From: Hemiscyllium ocellatum
Lineage: Eukaryota
Assembly (NCBI RefSeq): GCF_020745735.1
Contig: NC_083423.1
Span: 24,862,001 to 24,926,000 of the forward strand
DNA: 64,000 nucleotides
Direction of reading: 5' to 3'
Shown here: positions 49,410 to 63,264 of the stretch, in pieces
Layout: each line of letters begins with the position of its first letter
Numbering within the stretch: position 1 is the stretch's first letter
Position numbers and translations under genes: made by a program
Notes under the pieces: generated by a model
The model's database searches: none
Told to the model about the DNA's origin: nothing
Seen by the model: the letters and a program-made list of their open reading frames with translations, nothing else

Positions 49410-50720
49410 GGTGGTAAGGACAAGCCAGGAAACTAGACCAGCGAGCCTGACGTCGGTGGTGGGCAAGTTGCTAGAGGGAATCCTGAGGGACAGGCAAGGA
49501 CTGATTAGAGATAGTCAACATGACTTTGTGCGTAGGAAATCATGTCTCACAAACTTGATTGAACAAGTTTTTAAAATAAGTAACAAAGGGGAATGATAAG
49601 GACAGAGCAGTGGATGTGATCTATATGGACTTCAGTAAGACATTCAACAAGGTTCTCCATGGGAGACTGGTTAGCAGGTTAGATCTCATGGAATACAGGG
49701 AGAACTAGCCATTTGGATACAGGACTGGCTCAAAGGTAGAGGGTGGTGGTGGAAGGTTGTTTTTCAGACTGGAGGCCTGTGACCAGTGGAGTGCCACAAG
49801 GATTGGTGCAGGGTCCACTACTTTTTGTCATTTATATAAATGATTTTGATATGAACATAGGTATAGTTAGTAAGTTTGCAGGTGACACCAAAATTGAAGG
49901 TGTAGTGGACAGCGGAGAAGGTTACCTCAGATTACAACGACTCTTGATCAGATGGGCCAATGGGCTGAGGAGTGGCAGATGGAGTTTGATTCAGATAAAT
50001 GTGAGTTACTGCATTTGGTGAAAGCAAATCTTAGAAGGAATTATCCACTTAATGGTAAGGTCCTAGGGAGTGTTGTTAAACAAAGACACCTTGGAGTGCA
50101 GGTTCATAGCTCCTTGAATGTGGATTTGCAGGTAGATAGGATAGTGAAGAAGGTGTTTGGGCTGTTTCCCTTTATTGTTCAGGGTATTGAGTATAGGAGT
50201 TGGGAAGTCATGTTGCAGCTGTACAGGATGTTGGTTAGGCCATTTTTGGAATATTGCGTGCAGTTCTGGTCTCCTTCCTATTGGAAGGATGTTGTGAAGC
50301 TTGAAAGGGTTCAGAAAAGATTTAAAAGAATGTTGCCAGGGTTGGAGATTTGAGCTATTAGGAGATGCTGAATAGGTTGGGGCTGCTTTTCCTAGAGGTT
50401 TATAAAATCATGAGGGGCATAGATAGGATAAATAGACAAAGTCTTTTCCCTGGGTTCGGGGAGTCCAGAACTAGAGGGTGAGAGGGGAAAGATAAAAAAG
50501 GGTACTAAGGGGCAATGTTTTCATGCAGAGGGTGGTATGTATATGGAATGAGCTGCCAGAGGAAGTGGTGGAGGCTGTTACAATTACAACATTTAAAAGG
50601 CATCAGGATGGCTATATGAATGGGAAGGATTTAGAGGGATATGGGCCAAGTGCTGGCAGATGGGATTGGATTAGGTTAGGATATCTGGTCGGCATGTTTC
50701 CATGCTGTACATCTCTATGT
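49410..50720 (+). mobile_element. CR1 LINE, same family as 15960-17980, frameshifted
   Basis: [36 protein letters not shown] and LVRPFLEYCVQFWSP. Confidence 0.95.
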
Positions 50721-53089
50721 ATCATCAATAAATACAATGCACTCGATCCCTTCATACAAGTTGTTAATATTGATTGTAAGTACAGTAGCTGAGACCCCAG
50801 CGCCAACCCCTGCAGGACTTTGAATTACAGGTTGGCAATCTTAAAAAAACACATTTAGTGTTAATGCCTTTCAATATTGCCAGTAAACTTTTGATGTTGT
50901 TGTTAAAGTGTGTAAGTCTGACACAAAAGTGCTTAGGCTTAGGCAGTTGCTGCTCTGCTCTGCTCTGCTCAAGCTTGCAGCTTCCAACAAGTCTTGTAAA
51001 AGACTATTACCCAGATGGTTCTGTTTTCATCCTTGTTCTGGAAACCATCCTACAAAGTTGAGGGAGGATATGGATAAAGGCAAGTCTGTACTTGCTAAAA
51101 TCACGCCTGGACTATGCAGCAAACAAAGAAAGGTAACATTTCAGCTTGGAAATTGGAATGTGAGGATTCCTTACAGGAATCATGACTCACATTCTACACT
51201 TTGCAAGACAGATCTGATTGATTGTTAGCTTACGAACTTCAAGTCAACATCGCCACTTAACTATCACAAGCTCTATTCATAAGGCTAATCATTGCTCACA
51301 GTGATATGGAAAGGGTACTAATGATAATGATGAGCATAGTGTAGGCTTCACGGTGAGGAGCTGGTTGGTAGTTGAGTTCCTAATTGCAAATTTGTTGTAC
51401 ATCATCTTTCTACAATTGTCATCTGATGGAGGTACAGTCAACATCATATGCAGCTACACAACAATTCTGCATTCTAGTATCTCAGACAAAAAGCATTTCT
51501 GTGACTCCCCAGGTAACATTTTGATGAACGTTGCAAATGGTGAGAGACTACTCATCTTGCATGACTTCAATAATCATGTTAGGGCAGATACTGATTCATA
51601 CTTCTGTTGTCATGATGGGAAATATCAAGGATGGCAGATGTTTTCTTGAACTTGATGCTCTGCCTTAACTCTGAATCATCGGCGATTTTTGTCAGGGCAG
51701 ACATTACCACAGTGTATCAGAGTGTCCACACCTGTACTCAACTGGGAAGAATGCAGCGATCATAGTGTCCCACTCTTCACGACCCAAACCAAAATATATA
51801 AAACATCAATTAGATCACCAAAATGACCAAGTTGTCTGATGGATCGCTGTTCAGGACAAAACCAATTAGCACTAGATTTTGTCAGCAGCAGAGAAGTAAC
51901 AATTTTTTTAACGTACTTGGCTTTAACAAAAAGCAATGAGAATAAATAATTTCTAATCGACTGTTATGCAACTTGAACTGTATCCCTTCAAAAACGCCCC
52001 ACAACATGCACACACTCGCGAATAAGATCAACAATAAACAAATGTTTTAATACAGGTATTATTGGTTTAAAAAAAAGACGAAGTAAACAAAACGTTGAAA
52101 ATTTCAAGCCCAGATTTCAAGGCTGACTTGATCCTGTTGTCTGTGAGATGATGGTTGTTCTTCGGTTCAGTAGCTGATCAGGTGGAACTCAGTCTTTTCT
52201 TGTTAAAGTTATTTATTTTAAACCTTTTAATTGTTCAATCTTTTTCCCACATAGAAAGTGAGAGAGAAGGAGAAATGAATGCCTTTTGTTTGGAGTCTAT
52301 AGATGTTTTCCTCCTCTTTGCTGAACTGACACTTAGAGTTTTTAATACACTGCAGCTAAAACAGAGGGCTGTTATCAGGTGTATTTCCTTAACTTAAAAA
52401 CCACTCTGTTTTAAATTCAACCCCATCACTGCTTCGAAAGCAACATTGTATTGTACAGTTCAAAACTATGCAGCTCTTGATATTTGAATTACAAACCCTT
52501 GAAAATCATTTATATACCAGTACAACTTCAATTTAGTTTATAATCCTAATAAAGAAAAATGTGGCTTGTTACACTTCCACAGCGCAAGTTGTGATACTGA
52601 CACTCTCTCTCTGTCAGGCAAATTGATCATTTTGGTGATCTAATTAGTACTTTGTACATTTTGGGATGGCTTGTAGCATAGTTGGGCAGAGCAAAGGTGA
52701 CCCTGGAAAGTTTCAGTGTTCCAAGCATGGTGTCCCATCATGCATCAAATACTTTGCTCAAGTAATAGTGCCAAATGCTAGAATGTTTCACTGTCACTAG
52801 AATGACTCCACCTACCAAAACTTTAGCTGAAAATGCTGATGCTAGTTTCAATGAAGTTTGGAAGTCACTCAGCTGAAACAGCTATGATACAGTGGAGGCA
52901 TCGTATGGTCAAAGTGGTCCACTCAGCAAGGACCGATTTGAGACAAAGTTGGCTGAGATGATATTTGTCATTGATGCAACAAATCAATTGTCTATTATGC
53001 ACAGCTAAAACCTAATAAATGAAACACTGTACAGCTCCAGCAGCCAAGTACAGTACAAAATGCATAGGGAAATAAGAGCGAGGAATACA

Positions 53090-53480
53090 ATGTAAAGGCT
53101 GCCGAGAAGGTGCACAAAGAGGGACATCAACATTAAATTTAAAATTTGGAAGGTCCATTCAAAAGTTTAATAACCAGGGGCGGGGATGAAGCTGATTTGA
53201 ATCTGTGTTCGTGTGTTTAAGCTTTCGTATCTTCTGCCCAATAGAAGATGTTGGAAGAGATTATAATTGGGATGAGAGGGTTCTTTGATTATATTGGCTG
53301 CCTTTCTGAGGCAGTGAGAAGTATATGTGGAATCAATAGATAGAAGGTTGGCTTGTATGATGGACTGGACCATGTTCATAACTGTCTGCAGTTTCTTAGA
53401 ATCCTAGGCAGAGCAGTTGCCATACCAAGTCACGACACATCGAGATAGAATGCTTTCTATGGTGCATCTATTAAAATCTA
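53090..53480 (-). mobile_element. Rex1/Babar-like LINE 3' end
   Basis: CLRKAANIIKEPSHPNYNLFQHLLLGRRYESLNTRT resembles the Rex1 C-terminal motif. Confidence 0.7.
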
Positions 53481-54934
53481 TAAAAATTGTTTGTGACAAC
53501 GGAAATCCATGATCTGTGTACAAAGGCATCTGGAGGAAATGCCCTGCTGACACCAAATTTGCCTCTGAAAAATGCAGAAAGTGAAGTACTCACCAGCAGA
53601 AGTAAACCGACATCACAAAGGGCTGAGCACTACAGTAAACTGCATTCTGTGAAACAGACATTCCTCTGCAGTTTTCTGTCCGAGTTTGATGAAAACTCCT
53701 CATCATCTGAACTCAAAGGCCACAGACTGCTGAGCAGACAAATCCAAGTAAGGATGGTATCCGAGCTGAATTGTTCAAACACACAGTCCCATTTGTTGCC
53801 AAAATGTTTATAATCTCCTCCTCTGCTGGGAAGTCGGTTTCATTCCAAAGGAGATCATGATGCAAAAGTCATCACACTATTCAAAAGCAAAGGTGATGGA
53901 GAAGACTGCAACAACTACTCATTCCTTTGCGTCACAGAGAAGATCTTGGCTATGGTCATACTTAGACTCCATCTATATGCATGGAAGCACAATGTAATTT
54001 TTTTGTACCAAAGACCCTACTGGGGATATGACATTCTCCAGATGCCAGCTACAAGAGCAGTGTTGAGAACAGGTATGCTGTTTACGATATTTTCAAAAGT
54101 CCCACCAAGACATTCAATGCTGTCACCAGAAATGAACTTGACAAGATTTTTTTGGGAAAATTGGCTGTCCACCATATTAATTTAATTTGATCTTTTCTTG
54201 ATGACATGCACTTCACTGTGTGGATTGATGGCTCCACTTCTGAAAAGTACAGAATGAAGAGTGGAATAGAGTACTATTTCTTAGTCCACATTCTCCTTGG
54301 TATTTTCTTCTTCTTGCTCTTAATCTTTGCAGATGTGGGAGCAATCAACTTGCATATTAGCTGTGAAAACAAGCTTTCCAATCTATTGAGATTGAAAGCA
54401 AAGACAAAAACACATTACATCTTGACCAGACATTACATCTTGACTGAAGAGCTGCTACATACCTATTATGCTATGCTGGTAACACACATGGTAACTCTGC
54501 TATAACTGTCTCTCCCATGCCAATAAATTTGTTCTCCCTAAGGATCAAGCGAATCATGGTCATTTCTATCTGTGATTGATAACCTCCCAATGGAAATGGT
54601 TAGCAAGTTCTGCTACCTCAGTACATAGTAACAGTCTGTCCCTTGATGACACACAGGGAAAACAGCAATCATCTTTGACAAACTTTCAGCATGCATATGG
54701 CATAACATCAAGCTGATCCTTAGGACCAAGCCAATGACTTATAAGACCTGTGTTCTCAATACTTCTCTGAATGTCTGTGAAACATGAAACTCTGGTATCA
54801 AGAAAAGAAGTTCAACCGTTTCCATTTTTGCTATCTGAAGTGTATTGGTACTTCCTGACAGGAGAAAGTCACAAATGCAACTGTCCTTTCAAAAGAAGAC
54901 CTAAGTGTGTTAACATTCATCAAGCAAAGTCATT

Positions 54935-55145
54935 GAGTCATATATAGAGTCCACGCTAATCTGACCTAGTCTCATTTGCTAGCGTTTGGCCCATATCCCT
55001 CAAATCCCATCCAGATGCCTTTTAAATGTTGTAATTATACTAACCTCCACCACTTCTTCTGGCACCTCATTCCATTCACGCAACACCGTCTGTGTGAAAA
55101 GTTACACCTCAAGGTCCCTTTTAAAATCTTATCCTTCTCACCTTA
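54935..55145 (-). mobile_element. CR1 3'-end fragment
   Basis: ggcccatatccctc...catccagatgccttttaaatgttgtaatt matches 22680-22800. Confidence 0.75.
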
Positions 55146-55772
55146 AGAGGTGCCTTGGGCTCTGGCATATCCACAGAATGGAGCGACGTTGCACACCTGA
55201 AGACTTTTTATGGTTGCTGGAAACAGACAACCAATAGTGTAGCCAAAACATTTCTTCAAAGATGTTTGCAAGTGTTACATGAAGGCCTTAGAAATATAAT
55301 ATCGTATCTGGGAATCACTAGCCAATGACCAAGGAAAATAGTACCACCCCTGTGTGCTGACATTCACTACCATTATGACTAGTAACTACAAAGATTTGGC
55401 AACAGCGCTTGTTAAAGTGATTGGAAGAAATGAACACAGGAAATGTTCGTCAGGTGAAGGACGATGCTGCTGCAATCTACTGTCATGAGGATTGGTTTCT
55501 GATTGTTGATTAGTCAGTTTTTCTGTGTATTGTTGAGCAAAGCAATACTTCATTTTAGTTTAGGAGTTATGATTTGCAGTTTCAGTTATAATTGATATGA
55601 GCAATGTTTTGAAGTATGATGCATACCCTCACGTGCTATAGCAATATGTTGGAAACAAATTGTTAATTGTCCAGATCAGGCACCCCCATAAAGGTACCAA
55701 TTTTTTGTGAATTTGATTTTCATCAAACGTTAAGCAAAGAATTCATTTTTAAGTGTGTTGGATCAGCTGAAA

Positions 55773-57010
55773 TAAGACCGTAAGACATAGGAGTGGAAGT
55801 AAGGCCATTCGGCCCATCGAGTTCACTCCGCTATTCAATCATGGCTGATTGGCATTTCAACTCCACTTACCAGGATTCTCCCCATAGCCCTTAATTCCTT
55901 GTGACATCAAGAATCTATCAATCTCTGCTTTGAAGACAAGACAGTGGCGTCCTGGCCTCCACTGCACTCTGCAGCAATGAATTCCACAGGCTCACCACTC
56001 TCTGGCTGAAGAAATGTCTCCGCATTTCTGTTTTGAATTGATCCCCTCTAATTCTAAGGCTGTGTCCACTGGTCCTAGTCTCCTCACCTAACGGAAACAA
56101 TTTCCTAGCGTCCACCCTTTCCAAGCCATGTATTATCTTGTACGTCTCTATTAAATCTCCCCTTAATCTTCTAAACTCCAATGAATACAATCCCAGTATC
56201 CTCAGCCGTTCCTCATATGTTAGACCAACCATTCCAGGGCTCATCCGTGTGAATCTCCGCTGGACCCGTTCCAGTGCCAGTATGTCCTTCCTGAGGTGTG
56301 GGGACCAAAACTGGACACAGTTCTCCAAATGGGGCCTAACCAGAGCTTTACAAAGTCTCAGTAGCACAACGGTGCTTTTATATTCCAACCCTCTTGAGAT
56401 AAGTGACAACATTGCATTCGCTTTCTTAATCACGGACTCAACCTACATGTTTACCTTTAGAGAATCCTCGACTAGCACTGCCAGATCCCTTTGTACTTTG
56501 GCTTTACGAATTTTCTCACCGTTTAGAAAGTAGTCTATGCTTTTATTCTTTTTGCCAAAGTGCAAGACCTTGCATTCGCTCACGTTGAATTCCATCAGCC
56601 ATTTCCTGGACCACTCTCCCAAACTGTCTAGATCCTTCTGCAGCTTCCCCACTTCCTGAGTACTACCTGCCTATCATATCATCAGCAAACTTCGCTAGGA
56701 TGCCCCCAATCCCTTCATCCAGATCATTAATATATAATTAATATATAATGTGAACAGCTACGGCCCCAACACTGAACCCTGCGGGACACCCCTTGTCACC
56801 GGCTGCCATTCCGAAAAAGAACCTTTTATCCCAACTCTCTGCCTTGTGTCAGACAGCCAATCCTCAATCCATACCAGTGGCTCACCTCGAACACCATGGG
56901 CCCTCACCTTACTCAGCAGCCTCCCTTATCAAAGGCCTTTTGGAAGTCTAGATAGATCACATCCACTGGGTTTCCCTGGTCTAACCTACTTGTCACCTCT
57001 TGTCACCTCA
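55773..57010 (-). mobile_element. CR1 LINE, 5'-truncated
   Basis: LVRPHLENCVQFWSPHLRKDILALERVQRRFTRM and RRLRGDLIETYKI. taagaccgtaagacatagg tail. Confidence 0.95.
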
Positions 57011-58067
57011 AATAGTACCCTGCCAGCTTGTATGTAGAAATTGCAAAATGATAACGGCCACTAAACCCAATCAATCTGGTTACCGCTGAGTTCCTATCAT
57101 TTTTCTACTTATTCTAAGAGTTATGGAGTTGTAGAGCTGTACACCGTGGAAACTTGTCCATGTTGACCAGATATCCTAAATTAATCGAGTCCAATTTGCC
57201 AGCATTTGGTCCATTAACCTCTAAACCCATCCAGATATTATTTAAATGTTGAAGTTGTACCAGCCTACACTACTTCCTTTGGAATTTTGAATGTTAGTAC
57301 AGTGCCTGCTTCAGTGGAGTTGAATTCTAATACATTATAACTCTAAAGAATGTTTTCTCTTCCTCTTTGTTCTAAATCTCCATTTATATTTTTAAAAAGT
57401 GAAAGACTGCTGAAAGGACATTTGTTGTGTAAATAATTACTTGTATGTCCTGTCAGAAAGCAACATGTAGAAGATTTTTTGCAAATATTTATTTTTCTCA
57501 CTTGTGAGCTAATAACAATGCAGACCTATTTTCTACCCCTGTTTTATCTCTCTGATCTCAAGTAATTTAAAATCAAATATCCATTCCTAACTTCAAAACA
57601 CAATTCTTTCTTCAGCACCTTAGGTATTATCTTGAAAATATTGAATGAGAATATAAGGAAGCAGTAGCTGGTGTTCTGTTCTGCCCCTCAAGCTTGCTCC
57701 ACCATTCAGTAAGATCATGACTGATCAGTCCTAAGCCTTGCCAGCTCAGCATAGCTGTCAACACCCTAATGTTTCAAAAATCTACCAACCTTCTCTTTAA
57801 ATACTTTGTGATTTAGCCTCCACAGCACTCTCGGATAGACAATTCCAGACATTCACTACCATCTGGGAGAAGACTTTACTCCACATCTCAGTTTTAAATA
57901 AGTGTCCCCTTATTCTGTAACAATACACCTTAGTTTGAGATCTCTTCCTTTAGTGGATAGACTGTTGCAACATTTACCCTGTCAAGCCCTGTCAGAATTT
58001 TGTGTCTTTCAATAAAATCGCTCCTCATTCCTCTAAACTCCAAAGAATAAACCAACTTTTGAGCCAT

Positions 58068-58272
58068 ACTCCCGTGTCTGCATGGGTTTCCTCCGGGTGC
58101 TCTGGTTACCTCCCACAATCCAAAGATGTGCAGGTTAGGTGAATTGCCTAACGCTAAATTGCCGGTAGCGTTAGGTGTAGGGGAATGGGTCTGGGTGGGT
58201 TCCTCTTCAGAGGGTTGGTGTGGACTTGTTGGGCCGAAGGGCCTGTTTCCACACTGTAAGTAATCTAATCAT
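58068..58272 (+). mobile_element. 5'-truncated HE1-type SINE
   Basis: Matches 29590-29791. Confidence 0.88.
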
Positions 58273-58969
58273 TCTAGATACTCAACGCCTTCATCAGTTT
58301 GATGAATCTCTTTTGAACTACCTCCAATGCCAGTATATCCTTTTTTTAAATACAGGGACCAAAACTTCACACCATATTCCAGCTGCCTCACCAACACCCT
58401 GCACTGTTGTATATGGCTTCCCTGTTTTTTTTAAAACTCCAAACCCCTAGTAATAAAGGCCAAAATCCCACTTGCCTCCTTAATTATTTTCTACACTTGC
58501 ATGCTAACGTTTGTGTTTCATATACAAGAAATCCAGATACCTTTGTGCTGCACCTTTCTTTGAGTGTCTGGTCTAGTTATATAATTCTCCCTCTTGATTT
58601 TTCCTACCAAAGGTCATGAACTAACATTTCCCTTCATTGATGATTTGCACTCTTCAAACTCCATCTGCCAAGGCTTTGCCCACTCATTCAACCTATCTAT
58701 ATTCACTTGCAGATTCCTTATGTACTAATTACAAAATGCCCTCCCACCTATTTTTGTATCACCAGCAAATTTGGATGCATTATATACTGCCACTTCCAAC
58801 ATTTGATCCTTGTGGCATTTTATTAGTTGTCTTTCCAACATGAATAAGACCCATTAATACCAGCTCTGTCTTCAGTGTGTTAGCCAATCTTCAATCCATG
58901 CTAATACATTATTCCCTATATCATGACTACTACCTTGTGTAATTGTCTTTTATGTGGCTCATTGCCCCC

Positions 58970-59800
58970 ATTGGGATTGGTGGTAGTCTACTGAAATGGA
59001 TAAAGAATTGGTTGGCAGACAAGAAGCAAAGAGTAGGACAAGCAGGTTTTTTTTACTGAGTGGCAGGCAGTGATTGATGGGGTACTATTAGTGCTTGAAT
59101 TCCAATATATGTTATTTATTTGGATGGGGAAACAAAATGTAATATTTTTGCAGATGGCACAAAGCTTGATGGAAAAGTGAGCTGTAGGGAGGATGCAAAT
59201 TTGAACAAGTTGAGTGTGTGGACAAATCCATATCACATGAAGTATAACGTGGATAAATATGAGGATTATTCATTTTGGTAACATCAACAGCAAGATACAT
59301 TCTTGTCTGAATAGCGATAGATTGGCGAAGGGTGGGGGAGTTATGAGGAGACCTAGCTGTCCTTACACTAGACTGATTCCTGGAATGATAGGCCTGTTGT
59401 ATAAAGACTGGATCAAATCAGTGGAATTCAGAAGAATTAAGGTGGATCTCGTAGAAATCTATAAAATTCTCACAGGACTAAACAAGGTAAACACGTGAAG
59501 GATGTTCCTGCTGACCAGGGAATCCAGAACCAGAGATCACAGTCTAAGGATACAGAATATGCCATTTAGGACTGAGATGAGGAAAAATGTCTTCACCCAG
59601 AGAATGGTGAGCATGTGGAACTCTCAGCCAAAACATTAAATATTTTCAAGAATGAATTAGGTATAGTTCTTAAGGCTAAAAGGACCCAAAGGGGAGAAAA
59701 TTGGAATGGGGTACTGAGTTGAAAGATCAGCCATGATCATATTGAATGATGGAGCTATGTCCAAGGACTGAATGGCCTACTCTTGCTATTTTCTACATTT
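58970..59800 (+). mobile_element. Decayed CR1 fragment
   Basis: EFRRIKVDLVEIYKILTGLNKV and a 3' UTR ending gaatggcctactcttgct. Confidence 0.8.
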
Positions 59801-61009
59801 GTCAGATGCCTTCTGAAGGTAATATTACATAATATCTGCTGATTCTCCTTTAGAAACTTTGATTGTTATATACTTAAAGAGCTCTAGCAGATTTGACAAA
59901 CATGATTTTCCTTTCACAAAACCAAATTGACTCTCTGTTAAGTTTTTCTAAATGCCTTGCTATTTTTTTCCTTAATAATCAACTCAAGCCTTTTCCCAAC
60001 CATCTATTTTAAGCTAATTGGCCTATAGTTTCTTGCTTTCTATCTCCTTCCCTTTATGAACAGAAGTATCACAATAATAGTTTTCCAATCTGATGGAACC
60101 CTTCAAGCACCCAGTGAGTTCAAGAATGTTTTGATCAATGCCTCCACTAACTCTTCAGCCACTTCTTTTAAAAACCTTGGGTGAAGTATATTGTGGCCTG
60201 GTCACTTGTCTGCCTTTCGTCCTTGTCAAATATTTGTGTCTTGTGATAGAGGCTGTTATGAAAACTTTCTTCCTGTTAGCATCTTGCTTTTCTATTATCT
60301 TTTGGGATATTTGTATCATGAAGACTGATGCAGAGTATTGGTTTGAATGATCTGTTATTTACCTGTTCTACATTATCAATTAACTTGCATCTTCCAAAGA
60401 TCCCACACTTACTTTAGCTTCATTTTTGTTTATACCCATAGAAGTCTGCCATTGATTTTTATGTTTCTTGACAAATTTACTTTTCATAATTAATTTTCTC
60501 CAACTTTGTTAGCTTTTTAGTCATGCACTGCTTGGTTCCTATGACTCGTTTTTGTTGCTTTATTTGCCTTAGTTTTTGATTGGATACTCTCCTTGAACAC
60601 CTTTCATCAGGCACAGGTGGTTTAATCTTCTAATAGAGTCCTTTGTGACAAATAAAGTTTTGCTGAGCATTATGGAATATCTGCTTAGATGTCTGTCACA
60701 GAACATCCACTGATTTTCCCTTTAGTCTATTTTCCTAATGCACATGAGGTAACTCTTCACATTTCTGTTTTTGGCCTTGTTTAGAATACTACTTTAAGAC
60801 CTGAGTTGCTTTCACACAAACTGAGTTTGAAATTCAACTTTGTTGCAATCATTACTCCAGTAGATTCTAACCTACAAAATCACTTATTAATCCTACCTCA
60901 TTACACATTACTACCTATAATTCAGCTACTTATTAGGAAATCTCACAATCAAATATGGAAATGATTACTTAAACTTTAACGCATGCAGCAACCAAATTAA
61001 ACTCCTCAC

Positions 61010-61500
61010 TAACAACCCAACTGTGCTGTGGCTGACCATTTCAACTCACCCCTCCCCCACTCACCCTCCCCCCAAGTCCTGGGCCTCCACCACCAAATCA
61101 AATCCACCCACCAGCTGGAGGAAGAACACCTCCTCTTCCACCTTGGGACCCTTCAACCACATGGCATCAACATCAACTTCACAAGTTTCCAAATCTCCCC
61201 TCTGCCCAACTCATCCCAGATCCAACCCTTAAACTTGGCACCGCCTTTTTGACCTGTCCTACCTGTCCGTCTTCCTTACCACCTATCCATTCCACCCTCC
61301 ACACTGACAGTCACAACTAGCCCCCTACCTGCATCGACATATCGCCTTCCCACCTACCTTCCTCCAACCCCAGCCCCACCCCCTTTTAATCTCTTATCCC
61401 CCTTCACCCTCCACATTCCTGATGAAAGGCTTATCCCAGAAACATCGACTCTTCTGCTCCTCGGATGCCACCTGATCTGCTGTGCTTTTCCAGCGCCACT
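61010..61500 (+). mobile_element. 3' end of a second Penelope-like family (GIY-YIG C-terminus, 3' UTR, terminal repeat)
   Basis: ADHFNSP...VLGL...LEEEHLLFHLGTLQPHGININF. The terminal segment matches the mini-elements at 5925 and 10362. Confidence 0.8.
61416..61449 (+). ncRNA. Minimal hammerhead ribozyme motif with a degenerate helix II
   Basis: ttc-CTGATGA-aaggcttatccca-GAAA-catc-gac. Confidence 0.55.
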
Positions 61501-63264
61501 CAAGTTAAACTTCACAACCCAACTAAGCTATTACCCAATTAATGGTGCAGTTTCATTCAAATTCCAACCAACAGTGTCTGCCTTTGTATGTGTCCAGGGT
61601 GTAGTCCTTGAAGTTGTGTTGTTGAAGAGTCCTGCAGTTGAATTTTTATACTGTTATTTTGTCCTTGAAGTTTATGGTGTCACACTGATGATCCTTTAGA
61701 TTCTTTCAACCAAAAAATTACTACTAATCTGCAGCTGGCCTTATCAGACGTAGTTTCCTTGTTCCTTGTTACATTCAGCATTGTTTGTCTGTTTGAAACA
61801 CAGTCTGTCCTCTCATTAACTCCTTAAATTCTTCTGAAGGGCAATTGTTTGTCCTTGTGGGATAAGGCAGCCAGTTATTAAGCAAGTGTTAAAACAGTTT
61901 TAACTCCTCTTTTTCCTAATTACTCTCTATTCCTTTGTAACAGTTTATTCCAAACAGAGTTATTGCTGATTCTTTCAATCCATGAACAGTTATTAAAGTT
62001 CTGAGGTTTGCACTATCATAACATGGTGGTGAGGAACGGTATAGATCCAACTGATCATGATGTGAAATGGTAATGGAAAAGAGGTACCTAAAAGACCCTA
62101 AAGAGTTGCCACAATGTAGGATAAAATATAAATCAGGCAATAATGCGTAAGAACAAACAACACTGATGCAATCCTTTGTTAACAAGCAAACCCTGCCTCC
62201 TTTTTACCTTTTGCTTGTTCTTCTGGAAAGTCAATTACCTTTTGAATATTGAGTTCCCAGTCTTGTCACCTTGCAAGCAGTCTTTGTTATAAACATCAAG
62301 TCAGATTCAGTCATTTCTCATGGTACTGTTAGATCATTTACCTTGTTATAAATGCTGCATGCATTTAGATAAACAGCCTTAATTTTTGAGTTTTTAACCA
62401 TTATTGTTGTCTCTAATTCTAATTTTTGCTGCAGTCTTATACTTGTATTTTCTATCTCTTCTGGTTACACTTATCATTCACCTCTTCACCATCTTGCACC
62501 TCTGCTCTCTTCTTTCATTTTGATATTTTAAACTTCCCTTTGGCAATCTAATCTGTTTCCCTTTGTTTTTGTCTCGTGTAGGCATTAGAATTAATTCTGA
62601 CAATATTATCCAAAGATCCTGCTTTAAAGATCCAATTGCAAAGACTTCACAAAAACAAAAAGTTGTAGATGATGGAAATGCTCAGCAACCACGCAGTCAG
62701 TATTTTTTAATGGTTCAATTCGATATAACCTTTCATCAGAACAGAATGCAACTGTCAATGTTGTTGAGAACTATGGATGTTCAAACCATGGAAAACACTG
62801 CAATCTGTTTGACCTGTCCACAAATTAATGTTCTCAAATTACCCAATTCCTCAAATATATGCTCATTTCATACTTAATTGACTATGCTGCCATGCTCTTC
62901 CTGGAATTTCCCTGTAATTGTATCTTACTGAGGGATTCATTATAGAAACACATGAAAGTGTTTGAAAAGTAACTATTGGAAATATGGAGAGTTTCACTCC
63001 TTCAAATTTTAATTATTGTTGGAGATTTTATAAAAATAAGCAACTTCTTTTAACCTTTTCATTCTGCCTCTTTGTATCTCATGCTTTCTTTCCTTTCTCT
63101 TTCCCTCTCTTTATTTCAGTGTGCACGATTTTGCATTAAACTAACCATTTTGACTGACGGTTCCCCGGCTCAGACTGCTTGACTTATTAACAGTTAGTTT
63201 TTCAGACTGATTAGGAACTATGTGGATTCTTCAGTGTTCATCAAGGTCCCCAGGTCATGTGGTG

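Larger units (their letters stand above)
51100..55400 (+). mobile_element. Decayed RTE-clade LINE with nested insertions
   Basis: EN start LGNWNVR (51145), LHDFNNHV, RT-region remnants at 53850-54900 and C-terminal LGHIHRME-like remnants near 55160. Confidence 0.7.
57650..62480 (-). mobile_element. Long decayed CR1 LINE with nested SINE, CR1 and Penelope pieces
   Basis: 3' end at 57650-58050 (LEFRGMRSDFIERHKILTGLDRV). RT remnants at 58275-58950 and 59803-60910. EN-region remnants at 61900-62480. Confidence 0.65.
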
